From: Pelagomonas calceolata
Lineage: Eukaryota
Reading direction: 5' to 3'
Assembly (NCBI GenBank): GCA_918797485.1
Contig: CAKKNE010000003.1
Coordinates: 1,860,001 to 1,924,000 of the forward strand
DNA: 64,000 bases
Part shown: positions 1-10,544 of the stretch, one piece after another
Layout: the number at the start of each line of letters is the position of its first letter
Numbering within the stretch: position 1 is the stretch's first letter
The notes under the pieces: generated by a model
The model's input: the letters and a program-made list of their open reading frames with translations, nothing else
Databases searched by the model: none
Told to the model about the DNA's origin: nothing
Position numbers and translations under genes: made by a program

Positions 1-220
1 CGTCGGCCGCCATCGCACGATCCGCGAAGGTCTCGATCTCGTCGCGCAGCGAGTGGCCCTCCTTCGACTCGCACGAGTTCCAGGCGTCGTCATCGCTGCT
101 GTCGCTCGAGTCGCCGCCACCACCGATGCTTATGGGCTCATAGAGCAGGTCCTCCAGTGAGCCGAGCACTGTCATCACAATCTCTTCGTCTTCGCCATCG
201 ATCTCCTCGCAGACCGGCAT
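1..220 (-). CDS. Hypothetical acidic protein, 5' part only (runs off the window)
   Basis: ATG at 220; open frame MPVCEEIDGEDEEIVMTVLGSLEDLLYEP... to the window edge; dyad motif ~130 bp upstream. Confidence 0.55.
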   Translation of the reverse strand, partial: MPVCEEIDGEDEEIVMTVLGSLEDLLYEPISIGGGGDSSDSSDDDAWNSCESKEGHSLRDEIETFADRAMAAD

Positions 221-351
221 CGCTGCCCGCACCGCTGCGCACGGGTATGCGGGCTGCCCCCGGGCAGTTCTCTAGGTCGCGGGCAGTGCTGGAGCTGCCC
301 AGGCCGGCAAAGGATGCCTCAAAGGCGCTCCATTGCCAGACAGCCCCAAAA

Positions 352-374
352 GCTAGTGCCTTGGATTAACTAGC
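352..374 (+). promoter_or_regulatory. CTAG dyad motif
   Basis: gctagtgccttggattaactagc. Confidence 0.5.
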
Positions 375-383
375 TAACAAAAC

Positions 384-1619
384 TTACCCTCTCCGAAGCC
401 CCTCGAGCCGCACGGGATCCGCAAGCCCCCAGCGGAAGAGGAGCGCGTTGACGCAGGCCGCATCCGTCGCCAATTCGTCCAGCAAGGCCGCGCGCGCGAC
501 GAGCGCGAGCAGGTCGAGGAATTGGGCGTACGCGAGGCCGCGCGCCTTTTTTTGCTTTTCGACGACGCGGTACAACGCCAGGAGCGTGTCGGCGTCGACC
601 AGGCTCGGTGCGATGTCGAAGTCGCCGCAGAGCGCCAGGACGTCCTCGAAGGTCAGGATTTGGACGCCGCGCGTCGGCGACGCCTTGGCGTAGGCGGCGA
701 AGAGGCCGCGGAGCGCCGCGTCGGCGGACTTGAGTGTAGCCCGCACGTCGGCGTCGCCCCGGACGGCGCTCAGCGCGGCGCGGGACCCAACCGGCCGCCG
801 CGGCGTCGATGGCGAGAGCGCCACGGGCGGCGCTCGTGGCGGCGCCCCGGGCGGTGGACCCGGCGGCGGCGGTGGTACTCCCGTCGGCGGCGGCGGCTCG
901 GGCGCTTCCGGTGAGCCAACCGGCGGCGGCGGCGCGGGCACCACGCGGACGCCGACCGGCGAGCCGCGTATCGGCCGGCCATCGCGGGACGCGTGGACGA
1001 GTATCTCGGCGCCGGGAGTGGCGTCAGTTCGGACCACGACGGCGTTCCCCGCCGCCGCCGCTGGCCCCTCGACGCGCAGGTCGAAATCCGCCGCATGGCC
1101 GTAGGCGTCGCGCACGTCGATGTCAATTTTCTCGCCCGGCGCCGCCTCGTTTGGCCCGGCCAGCGCGCAGGGCGCCCCCGCCGCGACGGTTGTTGTGAAC
1201 GGTGATCCGGGCACGGGCACCTCGTCATCCAACAGAATCGAGAGCTCGTAGGGACCCGGCGGCGCCGCGACGAGGTAGGAGCACGCGTAGGTCCCGTCCT
1301 CCTCCACCACATCAAGCTCATAGCGGTGCGTGGCCGACTCCAGCGCGGCGAAGAACTTTAGATTCTTGTGCGGCGCGTCGATGGCGAACGACGCGCACCG
1401 CCCGTTGACGCAGCGCCTCAAACCATCTCCCCGGCAGCGGAACGTCGCGACGGCCCGGCGCGCCTCGAAGGCCGCGGACCGCGCGTCGGCCGAGCGCCGC
1501 TGCGCGCGGACCTTCCCGTCGGCCTTGCGCCGGGCCGCGTCGATGCGCGCCTTCTCGGCGGCGCGCGTCGTGCGGGCGGCCATGTCGTTCAGATTATCCC
1601 GGAGCGGTGTCGGCGGCAT
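384..1619 (-). CDS. Filamin/Ig-like repeat protein with Pro-rich linker and helical (EF-hand-like) C-terminus
   Basis: DGTYACSY...PGPYELSILLD...VPGSPF and GRPIRGSP are filamin-repeat-like; 411 aa ORF. Confidence 0.65.
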   Translation of the reverse strand: MPPTPLRDNLNDMAARTTRAAEKARIDAARRKADGKVRAQRRSADARSAAFEARRAVATFRCRGDGLRRCVNGRCASFAIDAPHKNLKFFAALESATHRYELDVVEEDGTYACSYLVAAPPGPYELSILLDDEVPVPGSPFTTTVAAGAPCALAGPNEAAPGEKIDIDVRDAYGHAADFDLRVEGPAAAAGNAVVVRTDATPGAEILVHASRDGRPIRGSPVGVRVVPAPPPPVGSPEAPEPPPPTGVPPPPPGPPPGAPPRAPPVALSPSTPRRPVGSRAALSAVRGDADVRATLKSADAALRGLFAAYAKASPTRGVQILTFEDVLALCGDFDIAPSLVDADTLLALYRVVEKQKKARGLAYAQFLDLLALVARAALLDELATDAACVNALLFRWGLADPVRLEGLRRG

Positions 1620-2023
1620 TGGTAGGGCTGCCGCTCGCGCCGCGTGTGAGACTTGCGAGAGTCGTCCGACACGAATGTCGGTCGAGGGCTGCTTTACGTG
1701 CCTTTTTTAGGCGCCCAACCATTGCTCTTTTTGTAAAAGCTGGAGGCAGAGAGATCACAGACCGTCGCTCTAGCGCCGCGCCATCCAAGTCTTTCTTGCA
1801 CAAGAATTGGTGTGCGGCCAAACGACTCCCCAGAAAGCTTCTGGCAACCTCACGGTGGGAAAAGGGCGACGCTGGCTTGCCAAAAGGCTGCCCCAGATGC
1901 TGCTGCCGCGTCGACGGCATCCGGTCGTCCCGTGGTGCAGTGCGGTCCAATGCGCGTGAGAGCAACCAACATGACCTTTCAAACGGTTCGGAACGGCTGA
2001 ACTATACTATAGGGGTGTCGACG

Positions 2024-3022
2024 ATGAGGCGTTTGCTCGCGGCGGCCCTCTGCGCGATGGCGAAGGGGCAGAACAGCAGCTGCGGCCCGGTCCGCGTCAC
2101 ATACGACCACGCCGGGTTCGGCAACGCGTTTGATGTGCTCTTCGCAGCGTTTCACTGGGCACGGCGCTGCAACAGCAGAGTCGAGATCGTCGGGGATGAG
2201 TCGGATCGCCTACGCCGCATCTGCGAGCGGCTCACCTGCGCGGGCCCCAGCCTCGTGGCCAATCACACCTGTCACCCCGGCTGTCCGCCGCCGCTGATGA
2301 CGTGGAAGCAGACGCCGTCCTCGGCCTACGTCCAAACATTAGGTAGGTACGCCAACCCGTCCGTCGACCCCTCAGTATTCGTTCCGGCGCGGGGCGGCGC
2401 GTGGTTTGCGCCACTGAGATGCCTGGGTCCGAACTCCGCCGCGAGACAGGCCGCCGGGGCGGCGCATCCCTTTCCGAATGCGGCTCATATCCGATCGATC
2501 CGCTATGATTTCGAGCGGCCGCCGGAGACGGTTGCTGCGGATATGGTGAATAGGACGCACGACTCGCCGACGGCCGGTCTTGCGGAAAACAGCGCCGCCG
2601 GGTGGGCGCGGCTCGCGAAACAGGCCCACGGGCGCGGCCAGCGGGGCGGCGACGTTTACATCGCCTCGGATAACGCTCCTGCGAGGGATGCGCTGGCGCA
2701 TCACCTCTCGGCGAGAAACGTGACGGCTTGCTACGTGCCGCGCACGCCCGGGCACTCGTCTTACCACACCGCTGGCGCCGACGACGACCATGCTATGACT
2801 GACTGGTGGGCACTGGCCAACGCGGACGCGATAATCGCGGCCGAAATAAAGTGCATGGGGAAGACGGCGGAGTCGTGCACGCCGCTCGGCCAGCTCTCCG
2901 TTGGAGGTTCTCGTCGGAGCCCTTCAGCTTCGCGGCGGGGGAGGCGGTTCTCGTCGTTCTCTAGGACGGCCCACCGGCTCCGGCAACGGAAGCAGGGGAG
3001 GCTAGTGTGGGTCAGTGTATAA
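2024..3022 (+). CDS. Fucosyltransferase-like protein (GT-B, NodZ/FUT8/O-FucT-like)
   Basis: Signal peptide MRRLLAAALCAMA; motifs GFGN, AAHIR, VYIASDN, DWWALANAD, SSFS. Confidence 0.65.
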   Translation: MRRLLAAALCAMAKGQNSSCGPVRVTYDHAGFGNAFDVLFAAFHWARRCNSRVEIVGDESDRLRRICERLTCAGPSLVANHTCHPGCPPPLMTWKQTPSSAYVQTLGRYANPSVDPSVFVPARGGAWFAPLRCLGPNSAARQAAGAAHPFPNAAHIRSIRYDFERPPETVAADMVNRTHDSPTAGLAENSAAGWARLAKQAHGRGQRGGDVYIASDNAPARDALAHHLSARNVTACYVPRTPGHSSYHTAGADDDHAMTDWWALANADAIIAAEIKCMGKTAESCTPLGQLSVGGSRRSPSASRRGRRFSSFSRTAHRLRQRKQGRLVWVSV

Positions 3023-3045
3023 GTACAACTCAAAATTTACAAACA

Positions 3046-3516
3046 CTAGGCGTCCTCCGGCCACTCCTCCCGCACGGCCCGCAGCGGAGACGTTTGACCG
3101 GGGTCGTCGACGGACCACTCCGTCGTCTCCTCCGGCTCCTCCGGTGCCGCTTCCTCCTCAGCCTTGATCGCGAGGACCGGGTTCTGCTGGCCCGCGACCG
3201 GGCCGTAGATCACGGGCTCGTCGCGGCGGATTTCCTCGATCTGCGCCCACTTCTTCCGCAGGCGCGCGCGCCGCAGCGCCGCGCCCGTCTCCGTGAAGGG
3301 GTTCAGGTCCCGCGTTAAAGCAGGTTCCTGCTCTGCGGCGCCCGTCACCTCGACGGGATCGAAGACGCCGCCCTCGCGCTGCGCCCGCTTGAACGCGTAG
3401 TCCTTCTTCAGGTCGACCTCCTCCTGGCGGGGCTTCCAGTGCGGCGGCGGCGTGAAGACGCCCTCGCGCTGCCGCCGCGCGAGCTCGACGTCGGACTCGG
3501 GCGTCGACAGGGCCAT
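3046..3516 (-). CDS. Hypothetical protein
   Basis: Coding-like composition (MALSTPESDVELARRQREG...); start uncertain. Confidence 0.5.
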   Translation of the reverse strand: MALSTPESDVELARRQREGVFTPPPHWKPRQEEVDLKKDYAFKRAQREGGVFDPVEVTGAAEQEPALTRDLNPFTETGAALRRARLRKKWAQIEEIRRDEPVIYGPVAGQQNPVLAIKAEEEAAPEEPEETTEWSVDDPGQTSPLRAVREEWPEDA

Positions 3517-4088
3517 GCCTTGGTTCGTTCTCTGGCACGGGCGCTCTTCTTCGCTCGACGACGGGAGGGCTCCGCGTTTGCTCACTTGGCACAGCCTGGA
3601 GAGGGTCTCGGAACCCGGGCAGCGCGCAGTTTTCGCCGGCTGCCGCCGGCTGGCGAACCAAGGGTCGCGTCGCCGGTGCGGCGCGGTCCCTGGCTGCGGC
3701 CTCGCGCCGCTGTAGCTGCCGCAAATTGGGAGAGCAGGGCCAAGAGATGGGCATGATGGGCAGCTTTGCGCCGACGGCGGCCTCGCGAACGGTCGGGCGG
3801 CCAGGTACCCCGTGTGGGAGTCGGTCCTCGTGAGCCATGGGATCGAGAGACGGCGGAAAACATACTAGCGCCTTTGCCATGGCCGCCGGCGCTAACTCGC
3901 AATAGCAGCGCTGCCCAGCGCGGAGGAGGACAGGCTTCGGCTAGCGGGCGTCTCGCATCGCTCCACCGTCGCTCCTTGGCCACGCGGGCAGCCTCGCGCT
4001 CGGCGTTTGTGTGCGGAGGCAAGCACCAGAGCCAGCCGCGGAGGGCGCTCCTGCGGCCGCGTAGGTCTCGCGGAAGGAATAACCAAAG

Positions 4089-7000
4089 ATGACCGACGTA
4101 CGGGGCGCCACCGATGTGTTGCGAGTACCACCGAAGCCGCCCAAAACCAGGATGCGCGACGGCGTGCCCTGGTACGAGAGCACGAAGTCGGCGAACATTG
4201 TGAAGATCGATGCCGTGAAATCCATAAAGCCGCGGCCGTGGAAGCGCGAGCATTATGGGGTCCGGCGCGACATCCACGAGGAGATGGTGGCGCGATGTGG
4301 CGGCACGCGCGCCTCGAGGCAGGCTTTGGACCTGGCTATTCACTTACTGAGGTATGAAAAGGAGCACCGCTCGCAGATGGACAAAGCCGAGAAGGACGAG
4401 AAACGGGAAAGGGAAGAACTCCTGGAAAGAAGAAGAGTAAGAAGGGAAGCTCATCTAGAGAGAGAGCGGGACAAGGCGCAGTTCATGGCTTCTTGGATGA
4501 ACACTGGCTACGACACCTGGAAGAAGGCTCTGACGCGGGAACGACAACGCGTCCGCCGGGATCTGAGGTTCGAACTGTCTTTGTTAGATACGAAGAAGGT
4601 CGAGGAGCAACAAAGGAACGCGAACGCGTCGCGCGACCAGAAGAGCGGATGCGAATGGTTTGAAAGGAACATGACGCGTTTAGGAATTGCCGGTCCATCT
4701 TCCGATTTAAATACGGCTCCCCGGTCACCGGAGTCGGCCCCGGTCTTCCTCAAGCGCATGGAGGAGCACGTCGCTGAAAATACGGGTGATCCAAAAGAGA
4801 CGTACGACCTCATGTCCACTCTGAAAGACAAGGGCGACCGGAACCGGAACGCCGCCTTCGAGAAGGCGCGACGGCAGCGGAAGATGCACGTCGAGCAGCG
4901 ACGAGCTCAGAAAGAATTAGAGGCGCATCGAGCCGAGCAATCGAGGTTAGATGCCTTCGCGGAGAAGGCTCGCGCGCAGCGGAAGCTCTCGGAAGCTCTG
5001 TGGGAGAAGTCCTTGGCGAAAGAAAAAGCTCAACAACAAATGTTGACAAGGATCGAGAAGGAGGTCGACGAAAGAGTAGCCAAGGCCGACGAAGCGTTTG
5101 AGACGTTAAAAGAGGAAGCTCGAGAACGGGCCAAGGACCCCGAGCGGTTGGCGGCAATTCAGGCAATCATAGATGAAGAAAGGGCCAAGCATGCGGCGCG
5201 CAAGCACGCGCATGCTTGTGAGTATGCTAGAGACGCCGTCTCCAAGTTCTTAGACATGGTCTGTGTGGTCCTGAAAGTGCGGGAAGACAACGGCCGGAAG
5301 CCCATGCCGTTTCCTGAGTATCGGACGCTGAAGGAGGTTTACGTGTCGGCAGAGCCTTACTTCGTCGACGACGATCCGGGACCACCCCCACCAGGAGACG
5401 CGAGCGCTTCCGCGAGGAAGGCCGTTGTTGAAAGATTGGCCTTCGAGGCTGGTGAAGGCGACTGGAGCTGGGGCATCAGTCACGAGGAGCGCTTCGGTAG
5501 GGACAGTCGCGATCCTGTTAATCTGGCGACGGAGACGCTGTCACTGCTCATTGGCGACGACCCGCCCTCGCTGCGACCTGCAGTACCAGAAGTGCCCTCT
5601 ACGAAGCGCATTTGCGTGCTGGGGCCCTCCAGTGAATTAGTCGCGGACGGCGCGTCGGTGATGGGCCTCGTGACTTGTACAGCATCGATAGCGGTCGCCG
5701 CGGCTTTGAGGAAGGCCGAGGCCGCTCTGGCGGCAAAGCAGGAGGCCGCCGAGGCTTTGGATGCGGCCGTCGAGGGCGACGACCTCGCCGTCCTCGAAGA
5801 TGCATTGGCGCAAGCTCGAGAAAAGGGCGTCGAGGACCTCTCCAGCGCCGAGGCGCGGCGCGCCGAGCTCAAGGAGCTGGCGGCCGCGGCCGCGCCCGCG
5901 CCTGCGGAAGGAGAGGAGGGCGAAGAAGAGGCTGGCGAAGCCGAAGAGGAGGAGCCGGAGGAGCCGGTAATACCGCCGCTCCAGGCGCGCGGCGAGGCCC
6001 TGCTCCAGCTGCCCGAGGCTGCTGTGAATTACGAGAGCGAGGACGAGGAGCCCGAGGAGGAGGAAGGAGAGGAGCAACCGGAGGCGGAAGAAGAAGGGGC
6101 CGACGAGCTCGTCGAGCCGGAGCCAGAGGAGGAGGAGGACCCGGCCGTCGTCGAAGCGCGGCTCCAGGCCAAAAAAGCAAGGGCCTTCGAGAGGAAAGTA
6201 AAAGCCCTCGCGGACGCGGCGCCGGACGCGCTCCTCGCCGAGACGGTGGTCGCGTTCTGCCACGAGGCCGCGGACCAGGGACGGGGCTTTTGCGTGGGCG
6301 GCTACCCGAGGACGCTCGCCCAGGCGGAGCTTCTGGAACAGGCCTTCCGTCCCGAGGCGGAGGACGAGCCGTCGCCCACGTGGGACGGTCTCATTACGCT
6401 AAAGCGAGAACCCGCCGACGACGACGCGGCGGCGCCGGCCCCGGCGCCCCAGGAGGGCGACGCCGAAGCGGAGGAAGCTCAACAGGCGGCCGAGGCCGCC
6501 GAGGCGGAGCGGCTCGAGGCTGAAAGAGTTGTGGACGAGATCGCAAGTGCGGCCAACGCCGCTATCAAATTGACCTGGGCGCCGGACCACCTCATTCGAT
6601 TAGAGGAGCGCGTCGCGGCCTGCGTCTGCGTCCTCGAGGACTACGAGGCGGACACGCCCGTCGAAGCGGAAGAGGTAGAACAGGGCGATAAGACGCTCCT
6701 CGAGAAGTTTAGGGCGAGGAAGCAGATTTCTACAGTGTTGGCCGAAGCGACGGAAGCAGGTAGGTTGGAAGCCACGATCGCGGCCAAGGCCGAGGAACGC
6801 GTGTCTCTCCTCAGCCCGGCGGCGCGCATCTGGCGCGACCGGGAGCTCGGGGTGAGGGACGTGGACCTCGAGCGGGCGAAGCAGTCCATCGACGGCTGGC
6901 ACAACGACCTAGAAGTTCATAGAGATTGCGTCGCGCAGTTCTGCACCGCTTTGGACGACCAGCGCGCGTTGATCGAGATGCACTGCGCCTGGGCTCGTAA

Positions 7001-7796
7001 ATCATTTAGAAGTGCATTGCGGGAACATGACTTGCGGTGGGACGCTCTGTACAAAACGACGGCGCGCCAGATGTTGAAACGGGAGATCACGTCCACCGAT
7101 AGATGTCGCGAGGTCCGCCTGGAGTTGACGGATGACCTGGAGCTGGCCCTGGGCGATGTTGTCGACGACCGCAAAGCGTCCTTCGACGAGAAGGCGCGGG
7201 TCGCCTCCGAAAAGGCGTTAGCTCGAGCCAACAAGGCCGTGGAGCTCCTCGGCATCCTCGCGTCGCGGTTGTGCGCGGCCGAGGCGACGCGCTTCGCGTC
7301 CGGGTGCATGACGCTCGACGACTTCGAGGAGATCTCGGCGGGCGAGGCGGCGTGCGTGGCTCCGCACGACGTCGCGAAACGGCTCGGGCGGCAGCTGGCG
7401 GCTTTGGAGGAGGCCGTCGTCATCGCCGACGACCCGGAGATCGGCGACAAAGTCCGGGACACGGCGAGGCTCTGTACGCCGCTGGCGTCCATCGACGGCG
7501 CGCGGCCGCAGCGCATCCGCGCGCCGCACACGGTCCAGTTCGCGGCGCACAGTGTCAGGCGGCTCGGCTCCGTCGTCGAGCGCTTCGACCGCGCGGAGCA
7601 GCTGCTCCGGGGCATCGTGGGGGCGCTGCGGTCGCAGCTCGACGCCATGACGGCGGCGCGCGTCCGCGTCGAGCACGAGCGCGTCGGGCGGCACGTGCGG
7701 GCGTTCCGCGCTCGCGTGAAGAACGACGAGGTGCGGGTGGAGCCACTGGTGATCGGGGACGACGACGGGGTCGATGCCTTGCTGATGTTTCGCTGA
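4089..7796 (+). CDS. Large coiled-coil protein with degenerate adenylate-kinase-like domain (SPEF2/CPC1-like flagellar protein)
   Basis: 1235 aa; ICVLGP and GFCVGGYPRTLAQAELLE resemble a split ADK domain; long E/K/R coiled coils. Confidence 0.6.
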   Translation: MTDVRGATDVLRVPPKPPKTRMRDGVPWYESTKSANIVKIDAVKSIKPRPWKREHYGVRRDIHEEMVARCGGTRASRQALDLAIHLLRYEKEHRSQMDKAEKDEKREREELLERRRVRREAHLERERDKAQFMASWMNTGYDTWKKALTRERQRVRRDLRFELSLLDTKKVEEQQRNANASRDQKSGCEWFERNMTRLGIAGPSSDLNTAPRSPESAPVFLKRMEEHVAENTGDPKETYDLMSTLKDKGDRNRNAAFEKARRQRKMHVEQRRAQKELEAHRAEQSRLDAFAEKARAQRKLSEALWEKSLAKEKAQQQMLTRIEKEVDERVAKADEAFETLKEEARERAKDPERLAAIQAIIDEERAKHAARKHAHACEYARDAVSKFLDMVCVVLKVREDNGRKPMPFPEYRTLKEVYVSAEPYFVDDDPGPPPPGDASASARKAVVERLAFEAGEGDWSWGISHEERFGRDSRDPVNLATETLSLLIGDDPPSLRPAVPEVPSTKRICVLGPSSELVADGASVMGLVTCTASIAVAAALRKAEAALAAKQEAAEALDAAVEGDDLAVLEDALAQAREKGVEDLSSAEARRAELKELAAAAAPAPAEGEEGEEEAGEAEEEEPEEPVIPPLQARGEALLQLPEAAVNYESEDEEPEEEEGEEQPEAEEEGADELVEPEPEEEEDPAVVEARLQAKKARAFERKVKALADAAPDALLAETVVAFCHEAADQGRGFCVGGYPRTLAQAELLEQAFRPEAEDEPSPTWDGLITLKREPADDDAAAPAPAPQEGDAEAEEAQQAAEAAEAERLEAERVVDEIASAANAAIKLTWAPDHLIRLEERVAACVCVLEDYEADTPVEAEEVEQGDKTLLEKFRARKQISTVLAEATEAGRLEATIAAKAEERVSLLSPAARIWRDRELGVRDVDLERAKQSIDGWHNDLEVHRDCVAQFCTALDDQRALIEMHCAWARKSFRSALREHDLRWDALYKTTARQMLKREITSTDRCREVRLELTDDLELALGDVVDDRKASFDEKARVASEKALARANKAVELLGILASRLCAAEATRFASGCMTLDDFEEISAGEAACVAPHDVAKRLGRQLAALEEAVVIADDPEIGDKVRDTARLCTPLASIDGARPQRIRAPHTVQFAAHSVRRLGSVVERFDRAEQLLRGIVGALRSQLDAMTAARVRVEHERVGRHVRAFRARVKNDEVRVEPLVIGDDDGVDALLMFR

Positions 7797-8157
7797 CGTA
7801 AAGTGAGAAATACTAAATTGCACATCGAAGATCTCGCCGCGCGCCCCAGGGCTACCTAGCATTGAAGGTCTAAGAAGAGTTAAGTTCAAGAGAAGGAGGT
7901 CGACAGTCGGTGAACGTTTTGGCCCGCAAAGGAGCGAGCCGGAGGGTAGTGTGTAACAGAGTAGTCAGGCCGTCGGGGGCGGCACCGTGTTGCTTGTCCT
8001 GAATGAGGACTTCAGCGTAGGGCGTCGGATAGCGACTCTGAGATTTCGGTCTGGAGCGTGGACTCGGATTGGCGCCGCGGGTCCAAAGTTGATAACTAAG
8101 CTTTACACATGTTTCGAGGCGCCACCAAGGGCGGCTCGGCGCGACACCACGCAGGTG

Positions 8158-8907
8158 TCACGAGATCGCGCACGCGCACGATTCTTGGGGAGGGTCGTCG
8201 TGGTTCCGTAGATACGCGCCCGCAAATTCAAACCGCTGCGCGAATTTGGGAGGCAACCGCGGCTCGACCTCCAGCACCCAATTCCAGTACTTCTCCACCT
8301 CCCGACCATCAGAAGGCAGGATGCGCTTAATCTCCTGGCAACAAAGAGGACAGAGCGGCCACTTGCCCTCCTCTCTGCTCTCACCAATACCATTGGTCTG
8401 CAGACACGACCGACAAACACACTTGTGCTCGCAGGGGAAGAGCACATCATGACAAGGGTTGCGATGGCACATGACGCACGTCGGTAGACTCGTCAGGTCG
8501 CGGTACTGCTTCTCTAATTTATAAGCGTCGGCCAACGCGATGTAGTCCTTGTTCTGCTTGCGGGGCTTTATCTTCTTTGATGGAGCGGGTGCAGCTACTT
8601 CCCAGGACTCTATACTATCGTCTTCGGGCGCCTCGACGGCTCGCGAGACGTCCTCCTCTTCGTACGCTTGATCTGACGAGGGAAACTCCCACTGCGTCAC
8701 GTTCAGGGCCTCGTGGTGGTAGTAGGGGTGCTGGGTGGCATCATCAATATGTTCAGCCCAGCCCTCGGGCAGTCGGGGCTTCTCTGGGCCGTCCTCGACT
8801 GCCATGCTCAGGCGCCAGTCCTCCGGCGCGTCTTCGTAAACCTCGGGGAGCGTCACCGACGCGGCGTCCTCGGCGTCGGCGGGCGCCGGCGCTGAGCTCT
8901 CCTCCAT
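8158..8907 (-). CDS. WW-domain + C3HC4 RING protein
   Basis: LPEGWAEHID...PYYHHEALNVTQWEFP (WW); CVMC..PCEHKCVCRSC...CPLC (RING). Confidence 0.85.
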   Translation of the reverse strand: MEESSAPAPADAEDAASVTLPEVYEDAPEDWRLSMAVEDGPEKPRLPEGWAEHIDDATQHPYYHHEALNVTQWEFPSSDQAYEEEDVSRAVEAPEDDSIESWEVAAPAPSKKIKPRKQNKDYIALADAYKLEKQYRDLTSLPTCVMCHRNPCHDVLFPCEHKCVCRSCLQTNGIGESREEGKWPLCPLCCQEIKRILPSDGREVEKYWNWVLEVEPRLPPKFAQRFEFAGAYLRNHDDPPQESCACAIS

Positions 8908-9435
8908 CTCTACTACTCTAGCGCCATAATCTCGCCGCGGGGCTGCCCCCGTCGGAGCGCTTGGCGCCGGCGACTTGCGGCGTCGGCTCTATGGGGCGGA
9001 CGCGTCCCGAGGGTGCGCGCGGCCGAGCCTCAGCGGCAGTCTCCCTTGCGTTGTCTCGCGCCAAGCCCCCGTACTCTTGATAGACAGCCCTCGGTGACGG
9101 CGTTCGCGGGCGCCGGAGGCCTCGCAAGTGGTAGGAAAGGGCTCTCGCCCCTTAACTCGCGGGGCGCTAGGGAGTTTCAGGCTAGTGGAGGGGCTCAACG
9201 CTGCCCTCGCAAAGCCTGCCCCGCTGCCTCGTAAAGCCGCCCTGAGGCACATACGCATTCGCCAGGGCCATTCGGGAGCACCAGACCCGCAGCCAGCACC
9301 GCGAAGCACCACCGCGGCCGCCGGCGCGAGACCTTGGGCAGCCACCCCACAAGCACTCGAAGCCGCCGCCCGCGGCGCGCCCGAGCACGCTCACAGCAGC
9401 CGCCCGCGCCGCCGGCGCGAAGGACACGAGCGACC

Positions 9436-9510
9436 ATGGCCGACAACCCCGAGGACACGGGCAAGGACTTCTACCAGATTCTGGGGATCAGCCGAGCGGC
9501 CACCGATGCG

Positions 9511-9541
<31 letters not shown>

Positions 9542-10398
9542 TGCGCTGGCACCCCGACAAAAATCCCGACAAGGCCGACGAGGCCCTCGCGGTCTTCCAG
9601 GACGTCGGCGAGGCCTACACGGTCTTGACAGATAAGCAGAAGAAGGCCGTCTTCGACCAGTACGGCTATGAAGCGCTCCGGGACGGCGTGCCCGACGACA
9701 CGGGTGGGTACCAGGGCGGCTGGACCTACACGCAGAACGCGCGCGAGATCTTCACGGAGTTTTTTGGTACGGACAATCCCTTCGCTGATTTCGGCTTTGG
9801 TTCGGACGTGCCCTTCGCGTCGCGGATGGCCAAGGCCGGCCCGACGAAGATGAAGGCCATCGCGCGGCCCATGGATTGTAGTCTGGAAGAGCTGTACTGC
9901 GGCTGCCTCAAGACCTTCAACGTCACGCGCAAAAGGTTAGTCCAACCGGTCGAAGACGAAGATAACCCGATCTATGAAGATGTGACGAAGAAGCTGACGG
10001 TGGCCATCAAGCCGGGCTGGCGGGCGAAGACCAAGGTCACGTTCCCCGGCGAGGGCGACGAGGGTCCCGGGATCATTCCCGCGGATATTTGCTTTTCGGT
10101 GCGGGAATTGCCCCATGCCCACTTCACGCGGGATGGGTTGAACCTACTCTACATCCACACTATATCACTGTCGAGCGCGTTATGCGGCCACACGGTGAAC
10201 ATCAAGCACTTAGATGGACGGACGCTGAACGTGTCTTGTCCGGAGGTCGTCCAGCCGGGCTACGAGAAGGTTGTAAAGGGAGAGGGCATGGTCAAGGGCG
10301 AGGACCGGGGCGATCTCACCATTAGGTTCAACATCGAGTTCCCGAAGTTCCTCGAGGGGCCGCAGAAGGAGCACATCCAGAAGGCGCTCGGGCTCTAG
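9436..10398 (+). CDS. DNAJB13: Type II Hsp40, DNAJB13/RSP16-like
   Basis: J-domain with HPD; EIFTEFFGTDNPF; DnaJ C-terminal domain; no zinc finger. Confidence 0.8.
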
Positions 10399-10544
10399 TT
10401 GCGTAAGGTTTCAAACACAAGGTAGTTTTATTTGGCACGTTGTCGACGCCGCCGCGCCGCGCCGATGGCGTGAGGAGCCCGCCACCCGCAGCGACCGACG
10501 GCTCCGCGGCGATGGCGTGCAGCTCGCACGCCGCCGCCGACGCG

